NCBI GenBank assembly: GCA_014360845.1
Contig: JACIWR010000003.1
Span: forward strand, 1 to 43,021
Length of the DNA stretch: 43,021 nucleotides
Direction: 5' to 3'
Source: Anaerolineae bacterium
GTDB taxonomy: Bacteria; Chloroflexota; Anaerolineae; JACIWR01
Below, piece after piece: positions 11,701 through 19,571 of this stretch (positions are counted from its first letter, which is position 1; the number at the start of each line of letters is the position of its first letter). Position numbers and translations under genes: made by a program. Under the pieces are notes generated by a model. The model did not search any database. It saw nothing but the letters and a program-made list of their open reading frames with translations, and was not told the DNA's origin.

Positions 11701-12188
11701 ATACCGGTGAACACGGCCTCGGCCACAGCATTGTAAAGGGTATTGCTCTTCCACAAGGCGACATCGCGGTCCACCCGCTCCGTGACGTCCTCGATCACGG
11801 TGATGGTGCCGATGATGCGCCCATCCTCAACCAGCGGAGCAATGCGTGCGCTCTGAGCCATCAGCTTCCGGTCGGCGCTGAAATCCGAGGACATCGGCAG
11901 AAGATAGCGATGGAAGAGTTGCGACAACACCCGCACCTGCCCCTTCAGGGCATCGCGATAATAGCGGTCCAACCCACGGCTGACGAGCTCCGGGTATACC
12001 TCCAGCAAATTGCGCCCCACGACCTCGCTCGCCCGGTAGCCCGTGTGGACCTCCAGCCAGCGATTCCAGCCGCGGATGTTCAGCTCGGCATCCGTAATCA
12101 GCAAACCCTGGTCAGCAAAATCGTTCAACCATCGCAGTGTTGCTGTTGCGTAATCCGTCATAGCCCTTACCTCTACCATCCTGTTCAT
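5730..12188 (-). CDS. Hybrid sensor histidine kinase with 5 PAS, 5 GAF, HisKA, HATPase_c, 2 receiver and Hpt domains.
   Basis: 2152 aa. PAS modules each end in a DITERK(Q/R)AEEAL-like junction. GAF modules end in ENARL(F/Y)EE. H-box is [15 protein letters not shown]-box is [21 protein letters not shown]. Receivers are [21 protein letters not shown] and [22 protein letters not shown]. Hpt motif is [14 protein letters not shown]. The ATG overlaps the CheC stop (ATGA). Confidence 0.95.
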   Translation of the reverse strand: MNRMVEVRAMTDYATATLRWLNDFADQGLLITDAELNIRGWNRWLEVHTGYRASEVVGRNLLEVYPELVSRGLDRYYRDALKGQVRVLSQLFHRYLLPMSSDFSADRKLMAQSARIAPLVEDGRIIGTITVIEDVTERVDRDVALWKSNTLYNAVAEAVFTGIGIVDPEENITFANTAFAQMLGYTPQELVGMNLSQLTDPEEFARYRQLTQRRQKGEREHYETVLYRKDGSQVNVIVSASPLTDAEGHFEGVLAVITDITERKQAERALQEREEHFRTLFDGIPACCWTFDREGRILHWNRACEELYGWTAEEAVGKTMYELMVKEENAEVTRKNIAAVFAGQSFQDLEYEDVRADGSTCHVLVNEYPLRDAQGRVIMGVCAQLDITERKRMEEALREREETLRSITSSAQDGIVMIDHDGNITFWNEAAEKIFGYTAAEVMGKNMHQLLAPERLLAMHLEAFERFRLTGQGKAVGKTLELPAIRKDGVEIPLELSLSAVNLRGKWHAIGIMRDITERKQAEEALRAERDRAQQYLDIAGVMFVALNTAGEVTLINKRGCEILGYEQDEIVGKNWFENFLPDRVRDEVKGVFQKLIAGEIESAEYFENPVLTREGEERIIAWHNTVLRDNEGRIVGTLGSGEDITERKQAEEYLQRRNLELATLNALAQALSGSLELQDLLDEALSRIIHALGFAGGLISLIDERSGELVLSSYAGLPVALLDHLEAEGLGGTLCDYVYQQGASLSVADLRAGAPLDVSALLEVGILSYVGTPIIHKDRVLGILGLLDTAPHPVSEGEWDLLVAIGQQVGVAVENARLFEEARRRATQLEALSEIGRAVSSTLDLEAVLRLILEQLERVIPYDTAALWLREGDVMHISAARGFENPEAVIGLEVLTQEDELFRELERTRRPLILADAQQDSRFRGLAGTSWVCSWLGVPLLSKNEVVGLLTIDKGEPAFYSSETAGLARAFGQQAAMAIENARLFEETRQRVRELQVLNDVSMAAVSGVTLSEALQASAEAILNWLKCDHVGIALLDAEKGVLRQKACATAGEFPDEIPEVEWPISQGITGWVVRHGEPVLVPDVRLDPRYLGLIGSTVSELCVPLLVGSRVIGTVNVESSQFNAFTEDDQRLLSTLATSLAMRIEQARLLEETQRRMREFQLLNEVSMAAAFGVSLDETLQAAAEALAAELEGTHVVLMLLDRESGWLQMKASVGYPLEAVQNLRMPLGEGITGWVAQHGKPLLVPDVREDPRYHEGIPDIRSELCVPLMVGSQVIGVLNVESPELNAFDENDQQLLSTLASSLALLIERSRLFEETQKARQQAEARVRELQVLHKMSRAISGTLDLNQVLDALIAALSQEMAFTHIALHLIDEDANESRVVRAAGQAQGLEGLVRSLDDLVGDILMDVARSGRIEVIDGWDERLDREIFEREGHADLVRAFVPLVLRGKTIGVLEVGYRRDERAVIADEEVRLLGGLADQLAVVIEHARLYEAAEEATRAKSAFLANMSHEIRTPLNAVIGMTGLLLDTELTEEQAEYAETIRRSGEALLALINDILDFSKIEAGKMELEEQPFEVRLCVEESLDLIAPGAAEKGLELAYIIEDDVPGAIVGDATRVRQILVNLLSNAVKFTEKGEVVVLVESRALGGEAHEVHFAVRDTGIGIPAERMGRLFQSFSQVDTSTTRKYGGTGLGLAISKRLAEMMGGEMWVESEVGKGSTFHFTIVAEAVPGHRKVYLRGPQPVLAGKRVLIVDDHETNRIILTRQVAAWGMLPRATGSAVQALEWVRRGEHFDAGILDMHMPEMDGVTLAQEIRKERGGAELPLVMLSSLGERVGEEGLFTAYMTKPVKAGQFYEVLMGVFGGVTVRMGAGAMKERFDRELGQRHPLRILLAEDNVVNQKVALRILERLGYRADVAANGLEVLDALGRQSYDVVLMDVQMPEMDGVEATRRIHEIWGSNGRPRIIAMTAHALSGDRERYLEAGMDDYISKPVRVEELVQALERCQPRGGKASGRGPTAVPHESPAPPADLPGAVIDPTVLEKFRAVMGQDAPLFIAELVEAFQMDAVRLLAELRQAVAQGDPELMRRAAHTLKGSAATLGATRLSALCLDLECMGQQGELTGAEEKLAQLEKEYARFKTAVTLQGVGSG

Positions 12189-12826
12189 GAACTACCTGTA
12201 CCGGCCGGCTCTCCCTCCTGAGTGCTGGCCCAATTCTCAATAGCCTGCATCAAACGCTCCAGCGAGGTGACCCCCAAGACGATGATAAGATACCCCGCCA
12301 CCGCGCTCTCACTCAAATGAAAATCCATACGAACAACCAGCGCATAGCACAATTCTTCTTCGCCAATCACCAGCGAAGAGAGCAGAGTCTCCAAATCCTC
12401 CTGATGCACGCGCGGCACCGAAAAGGACACCGTCACTTGGAGCAGGTTGCCAAACATGCCCAGGCAAGCGTTGAGCACAATGTTGCCCACCTCGGCCAGC
12501 ACTTCCCGCCCCGAGGCCGCCAGCGGTTGTACGACCACACGCCCCTGCAGCAATAGCTGCACCAGGTGAGCCGCACTTTCGTAATCCAGCACCAACAGCG
12601 CATCGCCAGCCATAGGGCCGGTGAAAATCTGATGCACCGTGGCCAATTCATCGCAGGTCAAACCACACAAGGCATCCCGCATCCCATCTATGGGACGTAT
12701 GTCCACCTGGGGCGTACCAAGAATCACTCGCTGTCCGGTCAAATCTGAAAGCGAGGCCGCAGTGCGCCCGAAGGCGATATTGACCAGTTCCGTCAAGGCG
12801 TCCTTTTGTCGTTCAGTTATCAGCAT
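12185..12826 (-). CDS. cheC: CheC-family CheY-P phosphatase.
   Basis: Both CheC active-site motifs (D/S-x3-E-x2-N-x22-P) can be counted exactly: D-ALT-E-LV-N-(22 aa)-P and E-VLA-E-VG-N-(22 aa)-P. I place the start at the internal ATG (MLITERQKD), overlapping the cheY stop by 14 nt. The listed ORF start at 12880 lies inside cheY. Confidence 0.8.
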   Translation of the reverse strand: MLITERQKDALTELVNIAFGRTAASLSDLTGQRVILGTPQVDIRPIDGMRDALCGLTCDELATVHQIFTGPMAGDALLVLDYESAAHLVQLLLQGRVVVQPLAASGREVLAEVGNIVLNACLGMFGNLLQVTVSFSVPRVHQEDLETLLSSLVIGEEELCYALVVRMDFHLSESAVAGYLIIVLGVTSLERLMQAIENWASTQEGEPAGTGSS

Positions 12827-13190
12827 CTTCCACCTCGCTGAGTATACTGCTGACCACGTTCCGCACCTGCTCACCGGCAAAGGGCTTGGTGATGTAGCCC
12901 CTCGCGCCAGCGGCCTCCACCATGGCCCGGGTCGAGTTCTGGATGTCCGCCGTGGCGATGATCACCCGCGCTTCTTGATCCATCTCGCGCAGTTTTCTCA
13001 GGACCTCCAGGCCATACATCCCGCTCATGGTCAAGTCCAGCAGAACCAAATCAGGCTGGTGCAGAGCATACAACTCCAGCGCCGTCAGGCCCTCGGGCGC
13101 TTCAATGATTTGGTGTCCCAACGGTTCCAACGCCTGGCGCAACATGCGCCGCGATAAACTGGAATCATCTACAATCAGGATTTTAGCCAC
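12813..13190 (-). CDS. cheY: Single-domain CheY-like response regulator.
   Basis: 125 aa. Motifs KILIVDDS, DLVLLDLTMSGMYG and ATADI..YITKPF. GTG start preceded by GGGAGGAG. Confidence 0.9.
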   Translation of the reverse strand: MAKILIVDDSSLSRRMLRQALEPLGHQIIEAPEGLTALELYALHQPDLVLLDLTMSGMYGLEVLRKLREMDQEARVIIATADIQNSTRAMVEAAGARGYITKPFAGEQVRNVVSSILSEVEDADN

Positions 13191-13244
13191 ACCACTCCTC
13201 CCATAAGTTCAATTAAGCGGCCTGGTCAGCCGCCGAACCAACCG

Positions 13245-14051
13245 TTATCGCATTCGCTCATCTACGTCCTCCTCAGCCGGGCTCGGGTCATCGCGCCCGC
13301 GCTCCGGAGGCCGCAAGAATTTAATCTGAAGGTCCCGAAAGCAGACGCTGGACCCATCCCAGGCGCGCAATCCGACCCCGCCATGGGTGTATTCGCTGTG
13401 CTGCGCCTGGAGTACGACCTCGCCATCCACATAGGCGGTGAAAGTGTTGCCCTCTACGCGGAGGCGGATTTCCCGCTCCGCACCGTGCCATTCATAGTCG
13501 TTCGCCGCCCAGGCCCTGGCAAAAGGAGACTGTTCATTACCATTCACGATCCGCCGATACAGGAAAGCCCCTTTGCCGTAGCCGGGATCGTACTGGAAGA
13601 CATAGGCGTTGGCCCTCTCGTAATTCGTAGCTCGGAAGTAAACTCCGTAGCCGTTACCCTGGGTCAGCAGAGCTTTGAAGGTAATCTCGTAGTCGGTCCA
13701 GTTCTCCGCACCGTAGAAGCTGCGCTGTTCCCCTCCCGGTCCGGTGCAGTAACTATCCCCCTCCACACGCCACTTCTTTCCGGCGACTACCTGCCATCCA
13801 CTCCAATCAGCGGGCTGCGGAGTGGGCGTCGGGGTCGGGGTAGGGGTGAGGCTAACCGCCGTGGCTTGAGAACCGGGCGAGGCCCACTGACTGGCGGGTA
13901 ATTCCCCCTGCAATGCACTGTAAACATGTCCAATGCTTGGCCCCACGGCATAGGCCGTCCCGCCCACCACCACCCCCACCAGGAGGATGATCAGCGCGTA
14001 TTCCACCAGGCCCTGACCCGACTGCGATTGCCATTCTGTCCCTTTCATCAT
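13245..14051 (-). CDS. Flp-type (type IVb) prepilin-like N-terminus fused through a PT linker to a DUF1080/LamG-like jelly-roll domain.
   Basis: N-terminus is SGQGLVEYALIILLVGVVVGG (G/xxxxEY Flp motif plus hydrophobic helix). Linker is TPTPTPTPTPQP. The C-terminal ~185 aa read W..W.V..G..W.VEGD..NWTDYEI.F...NGYGVYFRA..VFQYDP..GVGLRAW..V.F.DLQI. ATG at 14051 is preceded by AAAGGAG. The listed start at 14060 is GTG. Confidence 0.7.
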   Translation of the reverse strand: MMKGTEWQSQSGQGLVEYALIILLVGVVVGGTAYAVGPSIGHVYSALQGELPASQWASPGSQATAVSLTPTPTPTPTPQPADWSGWQVVAGKKWRVEGDSYCTGPGGEQRSFYGAENWTDYEITFKALLTQGNGYGVYFRATNYERANAYVFQYDPGYGKGAFLYRRIVNGNEQSPFARAWAANDYEWHGAEREIRLRVEGNTFTAYVDGEVVLQAQHSEYTHGGVGLRAWDGSSVCFRDLQIKFLRPPERGRDDPSPAEEDVDERMR

Positions 14052-14132
14052 CGGTTGCACTCCTTTGACTCCAAAGGCGACGCACCTCCACCAGGTACGT
14101 GATGCGTACAGGGGTACATCGTCTTCCCTTCA

Positions 14133-15041
14133 TCAGTGGCAAACCGCCGGTCGCATCGTGGCGGTAAACGAGGTATTCACGTGATGACCTCTCAGGATAT
14201 GCTTCGCCAACGCCGGGTTACTCCTGAGGTCAAGCACCAGCCCGGCCTGATCGCTCTCCTCGAAAGCCCGCAGTATCGAGGAGTTTATGTCATTTCTGAT
14301 CCGCACCTGGCTGACATTGAGAGCCGGCCCCGTCATGGTGGCCTGCCGGTCACTAATCCGCAGGGTGTTAAAACTCACTTTTCCCACCAGGACCGGGTCC
14401 TTCCCCAGAGACGCGATCTGCAAGGACACGGGGGTGGGGTCCACCTCAAACTCGAAGCCGTCGGCGGATTCGGTGTAACGTCCGGTGAGACGGATAGCTC
14501 CCAAACCGATGAAATGCCAGGTCATGTAACCGCCCCTCCTCACCAGCGGGTCTCGTGGGCCATAATCCCCAGAGTTCACGTAGGCCAAACCGAATAGCAG
14601 CGCCTCGCTGAACCCGTCTCCATCTCGATCCAGCCAAAGCAGTCGCCCATCAAAACTGAAGCCAGAGCACTGCGTCACCGAGGTAGCGGTGGGCGCGGGC
14701 GTGGGCGTCGGTGTAGCAGTGGGTGGCAAAGGGGGCACCGTGGGTATAATCACCGGCGTGCCGGCCGGGGGCAACGGGGGCAGGGTAGGTGTCGGCGTAG
14801 GCGTGGCCGGGCTGAGCGTCGGCGTAGCCGTCGGCGTCGGACTGGCCATAGCGACCGGCGTGACCTCCTCCGCTGCGGGCGCGATCACCCCGGAGAGGGC
14901 AGCGTGAGCTTCGCTGAACACCCCTCCCACCTGCGGCCCCATGGCCACCAACACGCCACTGGTGACCACGCTGACCAGCAGCAGCATCAATGCGACTTCC
15001 ACCACCCCCTGGCCTTTTTCACACATCCACTTCCTCTGCAT
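14133..15041 (-). CDS. Second Flp-like prepilin N-terminus with a long PT-rich linker and a ~190-aa C-terminal domain of unknown function.
   Basis: N-terminus is EKGQGVVEVALMLLLVSVVTSGVLVAMG. The linker is about 60 aa of P/T/A-rich sequence. The C-terminal domain has no motif I recognise. Confidence 0.6.
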   Translation of the reverse strand: MQRKWMCEKGQGVVEVALMLLLVSVVTSGVLVAMGPQVGGVFSEAHAALSGVIAPAAEEVTPVAMASPTPTATPTLSPATPTPTPTLPPLPPAGTPVIIPTVPPLPPTATPTPTPAPTATSVTQCSGFSFDGRLLWLDRDGDGFSEALLFGLAYVNSGDYGPRDPLVRRGGYMTWHFIGLGAIRLTGRYTESADGFEFEVDPTPVSLQIASLGKDPVLVGKVSFNTLRISDRQATMTGPALNVSQVRIRNDINSSILRAFEESDQAGLVLDLRSNPALAKHILRGHHVNTSFTATMRPAVCH

Positions 15042-15060
15042 TATCCTCTCACCCCCTATG

Positions 15061-16290
15061 CTATGGACAAGCTTGTAGACCCTCTTGAGCGCTTTGCAGC
15101 GTGGGGTCCAGCACCAAAGCCTGTTGGAACATCAATTTCGCCTGCTCGCACTGTCCCATCTGGACCTGGCTCCACCCCAGTCCAGCATAGGCCAAGGCGC
15201 TTTCGGGATCGAAGTATATGGCCTCCTGGAACAAGGTCGCGGCCTCTGCATAACGCTCCAGATGATAGTATGACCAGCCCAGGAGAGGGTAGGTGATGCG
15301 CTGCACCGGGCTGTTGCGGGTGAGGGCCAGGGCTTCGTTAAACTGCGCCACCGCCTGATCGTAGTCCCCGGCCTGGTAGAAACACTGCCCCAGGTAAGCG
15401 TAGAGCAACGCGTCGTCCGGCTGACGTAACAACAAACTCCGAAATTGATACGAAGCCTGATCGTAATTGCCCAGGGCGTAATACGTCAGACCCAGATACT
15501 CCTGGACCTGGGGGTCATCCGGCTTCATCTCCAGAGCCTTGCGCAGGGGCTGTAGGGCCTCTTCCGGATAGCCCGCCTCGTAGTAAGCCCGCCCCATGAA
15601 CTCAAGAGAGTCGGCATCGGTCGGATTGAGGGTCACGGCCTGCTTCAGCAGCGAGATGGCCGTCTCGTAATCCTTCTGCCAGAACTTGACCGTCCCCAGA
15701 TAGCCGTAAGCCTCGGCCAGGTTGGGGTCCAGTTCGAGGGCCTTCTGGAGGTATGCGGCGGATTCCGCATATTGGCGGAGATAATAATAGGCCTTGCCCA
15801 GCCCCAGATAAGCGTCGCCGCGCTGCGGGTCCAGCTCCACCGCGCGGCGGAAATAAGGGATGGCCGCTGCATCTTGTTCCAGATGATAATAGCACCACCC
15901 AATACGGGTTTGCACCAGCGGTTGATTCGGCATCAGCTCCGCCGCCCGGAGGTAGGCGGCCAGCGCCGTCTCGTACTGCTGATGATAGTAAGCCTGCTCA
16001 CCCTGGCGGAAGTAGTAGTTACCGTCCTTGCGGAAACGGGTCACGTAGATCAGCGTGCCGACCATTACCACCGCTACTCCCAGAGCGGCCAAGAGAATCC
16101 TTCGCAGCGTCCTCTGGGATAGACGAACTCCTCTCTTCTTCCCCGGTACGACTGCCTTGCCCGGTGAGGCCTCGTACACTGTCTCTGACGAAGCCTGCTC
16201 CACCTGCTGCACTGCTGTCAGACGAGCCAAACAGTTGGGACACACCACCTCATCGCCTTTGAGTGCCGCACCACATTCTGGACAATTCAT
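15061..16290 (-). CDS. Zinc-ribbon, single TM helix and TPR-repeat protein, possibly TadD-like.
   Basis: N-terminus MNCPECGAALKGDEVVCPNCLARL. TM helix ILLAALGVAVVMVGTLIYV. About 9 TPR-like 34-aa repeats (A..Y...L.L.P....A...LG..Y). AAGGAG lies 9 nt upstream of the ATG. Confidence 0.75.
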   Translation of the reverse strand: MNCPECGAALKGDEVVCPNCLARLTAVQQVEQASSETVYEASPGKAVVPGKKRGVRLSQRTLRRILLAALGVAVVMVGTLIYVTRFRKDGNYYFRQGEQAYYHQQYETALAAYLRAAELMPNQPLVQTRIGWCYYHLEQDAAAIPYFRRAVELDPQRGDAYLGLGKAYYYLRQYAESAAYLQKALELDPNLAEAYGYLGTVKFWQKDYETAISLLKQAVTLNPTDADSLEFMGRAYYEAGYPEEALQPLRKALEMKPDDPQVQEYLGLTYYALGNYDQASYQFRSLLLRQPDDALLYAYLGQCFYQAGDYDQAVAQFNEALALTRNSPVQRITYPLLGWSYYHLERYAEAATLFQEAIYFDPESALAYAGLGWSQVQMGQCEQAKLMFQQALVLDPTLQSAQEGLQACP

Positions 16291-16315
16291 AGTAGAATCT
16301 CCTTCATCCTGACCA

Positions 16316-17503
16316 TTATCGAACGGATTTAGCTACCCGCTTCGGAGAGAGCCGACCGCTGAGCTGCTGAGCCAATTGCTGCAACACCTGCGCTGCCGGA
16401 GTCTGGGGCTGACCTATCACCAGCGGCACTCCGCGGTTGATAGCCTCCACAAAGGCCACCCGTTCATGGGGAATCACCGCAGTCAGAGGCATGTGCAAAG
16501 CGGCCTCGATGTTCTTCTGCGGCAGTCCGCCCTGAGCGAAAGGCCAATTCAAGACCGCTACCGTCTTCTGGGGCGGATATTCCAGCGCCTGGAAGACGTC
16601 CAGGGCCGCCGTGGTCACTTTCAGACCAGCGATCTCCGGCGTCAACAGCAACACGATCACATCAGATTGATCCAGCGCGGTCAGTGTGACCTCATCGAAA
16701 CGAGAAGGCGTATCTACGACAATGTACCGATACTTGGGTCGCAGCATGTCCAGTATGGTATCCACCAGCGTAGGCGTGATTTTGTCAGCCAGCTCTGGCG
16801 CAGGAGGAGCCGGCAACACGCATACCCCGGAATCATGGCGGACGAAAGCCCCCTCCACCAGGGCATCATCTATCACATCGGCCCCCCGGTCTCCCAGGTC
16901 GGCCAGGCTGTGCTTAGGCCGCAAATCCAGCATCAGCGCGCAGTGCCCAGACTCCAAAGCCAGGTCCAACAAAGGCACGTCGTCCTGCGCCAATTGGGCC
17001 AGAGCCACAGCCAGATTCACCGCCACCGAAGTGACCCCTACCCCGCCCCGCAGACTGAATACGGAGATCACTTTGGCCGGTGAGGCAACTCCCGTCTGCT
17101 CGGCAGCGGACTGTACGGCCTTCATGCGCGCCAACAGGACTTTGATCCGCATCTCCAGTTCTGTGGGGTCCACTGGCTTCACCAGGTAATCGTCCGCGCC
17201 GGCCTGGAAACCATCCACCTTGGCGCTGACCCCGCCCCTGGAGGTGAGCATAATCACCGGAGTGTGGATTGTGGCGGGATTCTGGCGCAACCAGCGGCAG
17301 AATTGATACCCGTCCAGCCCCGGCATGACCACATCGGAGATGACCAGATCGGGGAAGACTGCATCTGGTGCACTCAACTTGGCCATGGCTTCCTCCGCAC
17401 TGAAAGCCACGTCCACCTGGAACCCGGAGGCCATCAACCGGCTCTCTATCATCTTAGCCGAGAACTTGCTATCATCAACGACAAGAATCCGCGGCTTTCC
17501 CAT
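16316..17503 (-). CDS. Response-regulator receiver fused to a CpaE/TadZ-type (MinD/ParA-like) ATPase domain.
   Basis: Receiver motifs PRILVVDDSKF, LVISDVVMPGLDG and YLVKP. These are followed by ISVFSLRGGVGVTSVAVNLA (deviant Walker A) and VVDTP. The ATG at 17503 is preceded by AGGAGGAAGAGG. The listed start at 17527 adds 8 aa. Confidence 0.8.
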   Translation of the reverse strand: MGKPRILVVDDSKFSAKMIESRLMASGFQVDVAFSAEEAMAKLSAPDAVFPDLVISDVVMPGLDGYQFCRWLRQNPATIHTPVIMLTSRGGVSAKVDGFQAGADDYLVKPVDPTELEMRIKVLLARMKAVQSAAEQTGVASPAKVISVFSLRGGVGVTSVAVNLAVALAQLAQDDVPLLDLALESGHCALMLDLRPKHSLADLGDRGADVIDDALVEGAFVRHDSGVCVLPAPPAPELADKITPTLVDTILDMLRPKYRYIVVDTPSRFDEVTLTALDQSDVIVLLLTPEIAGLKVTTAALDVFQALEYPPQKTVAVLNWPFAQGGLPQKNIEAALHMPLTAVIPHERVAFVEAINRGVPLVIGQPQTPAAQVLQQLAQQLSGRLSPKRVAKSVR

Positions 17504-17643
17504 ACACCTCTTCCTCCTGCCCCCCATACCACGCAGTTTAATATTAACGTTCGTAACAGATGTAGTCCTTGCAATATTATAGTGGAAAACCCCGTCCTTT
17601 TGGGTAAAAGCCTCGTAAAAGGCTGTAAATTCGTCGTAAAATA

Positions 17644-17672
17644 GTAAAGGCGCAGCAATGCTGCGCCTTTAC
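17644..17672 (-). terminator. Perfect 13-bp palindromic hairpin, terminator-like on the minus strand.
   Basis: Sequence is gtaaaggcgcagc-aat-gctgcgcctttac. On the minus strand it is followed by tattttacgacgaattt. Confidence 0.4.
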
Positions 17673-17761
17673 TTCGTGTCCAGACAGGCTGGAAGGAAAA
17701 CCTGTCTCTTCTTTTCGGGGATGGCTCAGAATCGGTTAACACTTCAATCAGGCAGCATACT

Positions 17762-17936
17762 GTCAACGAATGGCGGAACGAATAAACGAATAACCATCAC
17801 CACGGTCTATTCGTTTATTCGTATCTTCTCAATAATTGGGGGTAGGGGCAGGTCTTGCACCTGCCCGCCTGGGCGACCGCAAGGGTTCGCCCCTACATTT
17901 TGAGAAGATACGTTTATTCGTTGGATATTCGTTGAC
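17762..17936. repeat. Composite nested palindromic element (REP-like).
   Basis: Outer arms are gtcaacgaatggcggaacgaataaacg and cgtttattcgttggatattcgttgac. Inner arms are tatcttctcaa and ttgagaagata. The GC-rich core at 17842-17896 is gtaggggc..ggcaggt-cttgc-acctgcc..gcccctac. Confidence 0.7.
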
Positions 17937-17973
17937 AGAGAAGCCGCCCGAGCCAAGAAACGCATAAATTGTG

Positions 17974-18022
17974 GTAGGGGCGAACGCAAGGGATCGTCCC
18001 GGCGGGCTGATTTGCCCGCTGG
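17974..18022. repeat. Second, oppositely oriented copy of the GC-rich core.
   Basis: It begins with gtaggggcgaac, identical to the reverse complement of the end of the 17842-17896 core, followed by related cggcgggc..gcccgc hairpin sequence. Confidence 0.55.
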
Positions 18023-18152
18023 ATCTGGGCACCGGGCGTAGCTCTTGAGAATTTCTCAGGGCCTCAAAAGTGTAAACCTATTTCCGCCGGGATCATGAAC
18101 CTTCCCTCTCTCCGGATAGGTTTTTAGAAGACCCCTTCGCCCGGTACCCGGC

Positions 18153-18428
18153 CTACCACGTGGTTCGACGCTGCAACGAGCGATAGGCGAAGTAACCCGA
18201 TACACAACCCAGGATCAGGTTCTGAGCCGGCCAGAAGCAACACCACACGCCCAGGGTGAAAATGCTCAGCGCTATCCCGATGGCCCAATCCAGCAGCCAG
18301 TAAGTCACCAACAGCACCAAACCCCAGCCCACTTGTCCGGCGTAAATCCAGCCCAAGCCTAGAAAACCAAAGACCCCCCCAATAACCTCCAACAGCAACG
18401 CTAAAAACGGGTCCCGATGTGTGCGCAT
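18153..18428 (-). CDS. Small integral membrane protein with 3 predicted TM helices.
   Basis: 91 aa, strongly hydrophobic, with GFLGLGWIYAG. Its start overlaps the stop of the upstream gene (TAATG). Confidence 0.6.
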   Translation of the reverse strand: MRTHRDPFLALLLEVIGGVFGFLGLGWIYAGQVGWGLVLLVTYWLLDWAIGIALSIFTLGVWCCFWPAQNLILGCVSGYFAYRSLQRRTTW

Positions 18429-18925
18429 TAACTTATCCTTTCCCTTTCCAAGAAATCAGCTACCAGCCAGTAGCGAAAATCACGTCCATTATACGTCTCA
18501 TAAGCCGCGTAGAGACCATAGACCAGTCCGGCCAGCGGTATAGCCACCAGCAACAAAGTGAACGCCAACGCTGGTGGAATCAGACAGAGGCCGACGATGA
18601 CTACCGCCAGAAGGCCCACCGCCGCCCACGCCACCCCCACCACCGCCCCGACCAACACAGTCACCGCCAACAAGGCAATCTGAAAGACCAGGGCCTGCAA
18701 AGCCTGGAAAGCCACCCAAGACGAGCGTTCCTTCTCGTAGAGCCAGATGGCCAAGGCCACCACAATACCTCCCAGGCCATTGGTGAAAAGGCCCAGCAAG
18801 ATACCGGCGTGAGCCAGAGCGGCCATCGTCAGCTCATCCTGGGTTAACTCCGCGAACTCCTCCCCAGATGTTTCCTCAGAAGGTTGAGCCATTGGTTCTT
18901 CCACGGTCATAATGCACCTCCTCAT
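18428..18925 (-). CDS. Membrane protein, DUF4870-like.
   Basis: 165 aa. An acidic N-terminus is followed by MAALAHAGILLGLF.. and 3-4 TM helices, ending YNGRDFRYWLVADFL. Confidence 0.6.
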   Translation of the reverse strand: MRRCIMTVEEPMAQPSEETSGEEFAELTQDELTMAALAHAGILLGLFTNGLGGIVVALAIWLYEKERSSWVAFQALQALVFQIALLAVTVLVGAVVGVAWAAVGLLAVVIVGLCLIPPALAFTLLLVAIPLAGLVYGLYAAYETYNGRDFRYWLVADFLERERIS

Positions 18926-19004
18926 TAATTCCTCGATATAGCCACCTGACAGTTTGAAGATGCCATTGCAGAAAGGTGCTCCGCGCCACCCTTGGGACCG
19001 TAGT

Positions 19005-19115
19005 CATCCTGAGCGGAGTGAGTCCCGAAGCGGCAGCAGAGGGACGAACGTAGTCGAAGGATGACGAAAGAGCGAGTCCCGCATCCTTCGACTCCGCTGC
19101 GCTCCGCTCAGGATG
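19005..19115. repeat. Nested imperfect palindrome (REP-like).
   Basis: Outer arms are catcctgagcggag (19005-19018) and ctccgctcaggatg (19102-19115). Inner arms are gtcgaaggatg (19053-19063) and catccttcgac (19082-19092). Confidence 0.7.
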
Positions 19116-19571
19116 CTCCCTCGTGGCCGCGAGGCTACTTCGGGGCCTTCTGCACCCTGCGCAGCGACACTTGGGCAAAACTGTCGGGTAGCTAGATTCC
19201 TCATAAACGTTTTCAAGCCGTGCAGTTAGCCCCAGGTCGCGCGCTGAGAGGGTGAAGCCCTCTTCGACGGGCTCAGGATATGCTTCAGGGCTAGACCGAG
19301 GTCGGGGCCACGCCTTGCCGCATCCTGGAACTCCCGCGCGATGAGAGATGGCATTGTAGAACGGTTACCGTTGTGATATACGTAGTTGGTAGTCGAAAAG
19401 TTGCATACCTGCAAGCATTCTTCGACCCCGCTGCGCCCCACTCGTGGGTGCCCCAAAAGTAAAATGGAGCGGCCAGTGCCACACAGTTGCCAGCAGAACA
19501 GAAATGCTATATACTTGATGCCACGGCGCCAAAGGCGCTCCCAAACCAAATCTAGACAAGGAGATGACCGC

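Noticed and set aside
14689-14907. Plus-strand ORF encoding [10 protein letters not shown].. repeats.
   Set aside because: It is the antisense of the PT-rich linker of the Flp-like protein and is a compositional artefact.
17576-17581. TATAAT hexamer (minus strand) about 73 nt upstream of the cpaE-like start, as a possible promoter -10 element.
   Set aside because: No acceptable -35 (the best candidate is cccaaa at 17-nt spacing) and no TG extension. It is too weak to annotate.
19386-19571. N-terminal 62 aa of the listed ABC binding-protein ORF.
   Set aside because: It is basic and unstructured. The internal ATG at 19572 has an AAGGAG Shine-Dalgarno sequence and starts a textbook lipoprotein signal peptide.
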